A stretch of DNA of 63,807 nt, counting the filler, from Collodictyon triciliatum (lineage: Eukaryota), in NCBI GenBank assembly GCA_043381765.1. It is 4 parts of 4 records of this genome, joined end to end, with 100 filler letters (N's around TTAATTAATTAA, not from the genome) between each part and the next. Parts side by side here need not be neighbours in the genome. Positions count along the whole stretch, not along the records: positions 58,160 to 63,807 come from JBHJMP010001514.1; 3 more parts are not named here. One strand, written 5' to 3'. The notes under the pieces are model-generated. The model did no database searches. It was not told where the DNA came from and worked only from the letters and a program-made list of their open reading frames with translations. Below are positions 62,057 through 63,807 of this stretch, piece after piece (position 1 is the first letter of the stretch; each line of letters starts with the position of its first letter). The position numbers and the translations under genes are program-made.

Positions 62057-63807
62057 CTAGCAGAGACCGTCTTCGTCATCCTCCTCTGCAGCTGGGCTGC
62101 CTGCATCTGGGGCGCTTGAATCGTCGTGCTTCGGCGTGGCGGTCGCTTCGCTGCTTGAAATGGCAGGCTTTGGTGCCGTGGGACTGGTAGCGTTTCCTCC
62201 ATAGTCATCAAAATCACCATCAACATCACTGTCATCACCAGCACCAGCACCAGATTGGGAAGCCTGATGCGTTTCGCTGTCGTCAAGTTTGGTGGGGGTG
62301 ACAGAGACCTCTGGAACGGCGGGTGCTGCTGTGAGTGTGGGCTCGGGTGTGTCCTGTGCCTCGCTGGCCTTTGTTTCCACAGGGGTGTTGCTTTCGATAG
62401 CGCTTGATGAAGCCGGCTTCGGCGATGTGTTTGTGTGCGATTTTTCTTGCGTGATTGCTTCTTGTTTTGGGGGGGCCAGTGATGTTTGGGGTAGCTTTGG
62501 TGATGTGTTGGATGAACTGTCCACATTCAGTGTTTTCGCGATTTTGATGATCTGTAAATATACTCGCAGTTAATAAGAGGGAAAATAAATCAAAGAAAAG
62601 AATGAAGTGGATGAAATATGCCATAAAATATTTGTGTATGAAACCTGCTGTTCTAAAAAGTTGACAACTGGGTTCTTTATTGCTTTCTGTAGTGCCGCTT
62701 GATCTCTGGTCTCGAAAGCTTCAATAAGGCTAGATGCTACCTTGTGCTCATCAGACCCAGGAAAAGATGATATCCTGGTGTGTATTGTGTTAAATCCATT
62801 AGGGGTTTCAGTCCATGCAAGGAATGTGTCCTTTATTTCAAAACATGTGATAAGCTGGATAAAATCACATTGGTTGTAATAAATTGATATTCGAACAGAG
62901 TTAGAATTGCGGGAAAAGATGAAAAGAAAATGTGTGAAAAAAAAAAAACAGTACTCCTCTGAATATTTTCGGAAATCGAGTTCAGCTCGTACAAAATCGT
63001 CTCCATATAAATCGATGATGATGATACTCAGGATGGCCTATACAATTCATGATATGTAAAGTTCCTCAAAACAAAAGCATTCCAGGTAAGGCAAAGTTCT
63101 AATCTAATATTTGAAAAGGAATCAAAAAAAAAAACGCTTTTTCCTGTCCTTGTGTTTCCTTCAAAAGAGTATGCTTATAAAAACCTTATTAAGGTAGGAA
63201 CGTTGGTCATTTCGTCGGAAAACATCAATTTGTCGGACCATCATCGCAACTGCCTGGTCAAACCTGGTGAAGAAATACAATCATGTTTAGATATATTTTT
63301 GAATTGTGAGCAAATTAACAAAGGTATTCTAATACATACGCCTTAATTTTCAAGCAAAAGGCTATTGTGCTCCTGAAGCACTCTCCTGAATAAAAGTCCT
63401 TTCCTTCTGTTTGAAATAGGTCGCATGCTTCTACATACTTTTCTAACGCTTTTTTTTCATCGACTTCTTCCAGGGCTCTGTCAAAATCATAAGAAAAGCA
63501 TTTAGATTAATAATAAATCAGAAAGAGTTACTAATTAAAAATGATGTAGGTATAAACTCTTAGCACGCAATACACAAAAATAATGTGCTTTTATCCTGAT
63601 TTAGATTACAAAATAACTCGAGTTCTATACCCAGAAAGAAACTATAAAAAAACTGCTGCAATATAATTAAGGTATAAATTTGTTTGAAAAGTATTGATAA
63701 TCGACAAACTTGGCAGCCTTGAACATCATATCAGCACCTTTGTCTGAATTTCCATGCATTCTATAGGCATAACTTGCTTTTGAATAATATTCTGCAGTGC
63801 GATCCAT
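62057..63807 (-). CDS. NAPG: Gamma-soluble NSF attachment protein (gamma-SNAP); the 5' part lies outside the window
   Basis: YYSKASYAYRMHGNSDKGADMMFKAAK|ALEEVDEKKALEKYVEACDLF...|FDQAV...|AILSIIIIDLYGDDFVRA...|SFPGSDEHKVASSLIEAFETRDQ...VVNFLEQQ|IIKIAKTL, ending EEDDEDGLC*, the characteristic acidic-GLC end of gamma-SNAP. Confidence 0.88.

Overview
This is intron-rich eukaryotic DNA from a flagellated protist (it carries an axonemal inner-arm dynein and CFAP61). It uses the standard genetic code and has AT-rich introns full of microsatellites. The window is not one natural locus: four contigs are joined by artificial 100-bp N44-TTAATTAATTAA-N44 linkers (21511-21610, 39790-39889, 58060-58159), and there are three ordinary N gaps. 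Hand-spliced genes, in order: eIF4G (+); a soluble class III guanylate-cyclase-like protein with a prokaryote-type XylR_N/V4R sensor (-); a LEA_2-like type II membrane protein (-); a small orphan gene (-); a decayed L1/Tx1 LINE fragment (-); a frameshifted CYP86/704/52-like P450 (-); AP-3 beta (partial, -); a Kelch protein (partial, -); an NDP kinase with a long, probably acylated, repetitive N-terminal tether (+); an intronless MESD-like ER protein (-); Sfr1/Mei5-like (-); the C-terminal half of XRN1 (-); DNAH1-like dynein heavy chain (partial, -); CFAP61 (partial, +); gamma-SNAP (partial, -). The best candidate for an undescribed system is the V4R-sensor/signalling-helix/guanylate-cyclase fusion. 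It looks like a heme-free, Zn-site analogue of animal soluble guanylate cyclase with two unusual active-site substitutions. All family calls come from recognising motifs by eye; no database searches were run.
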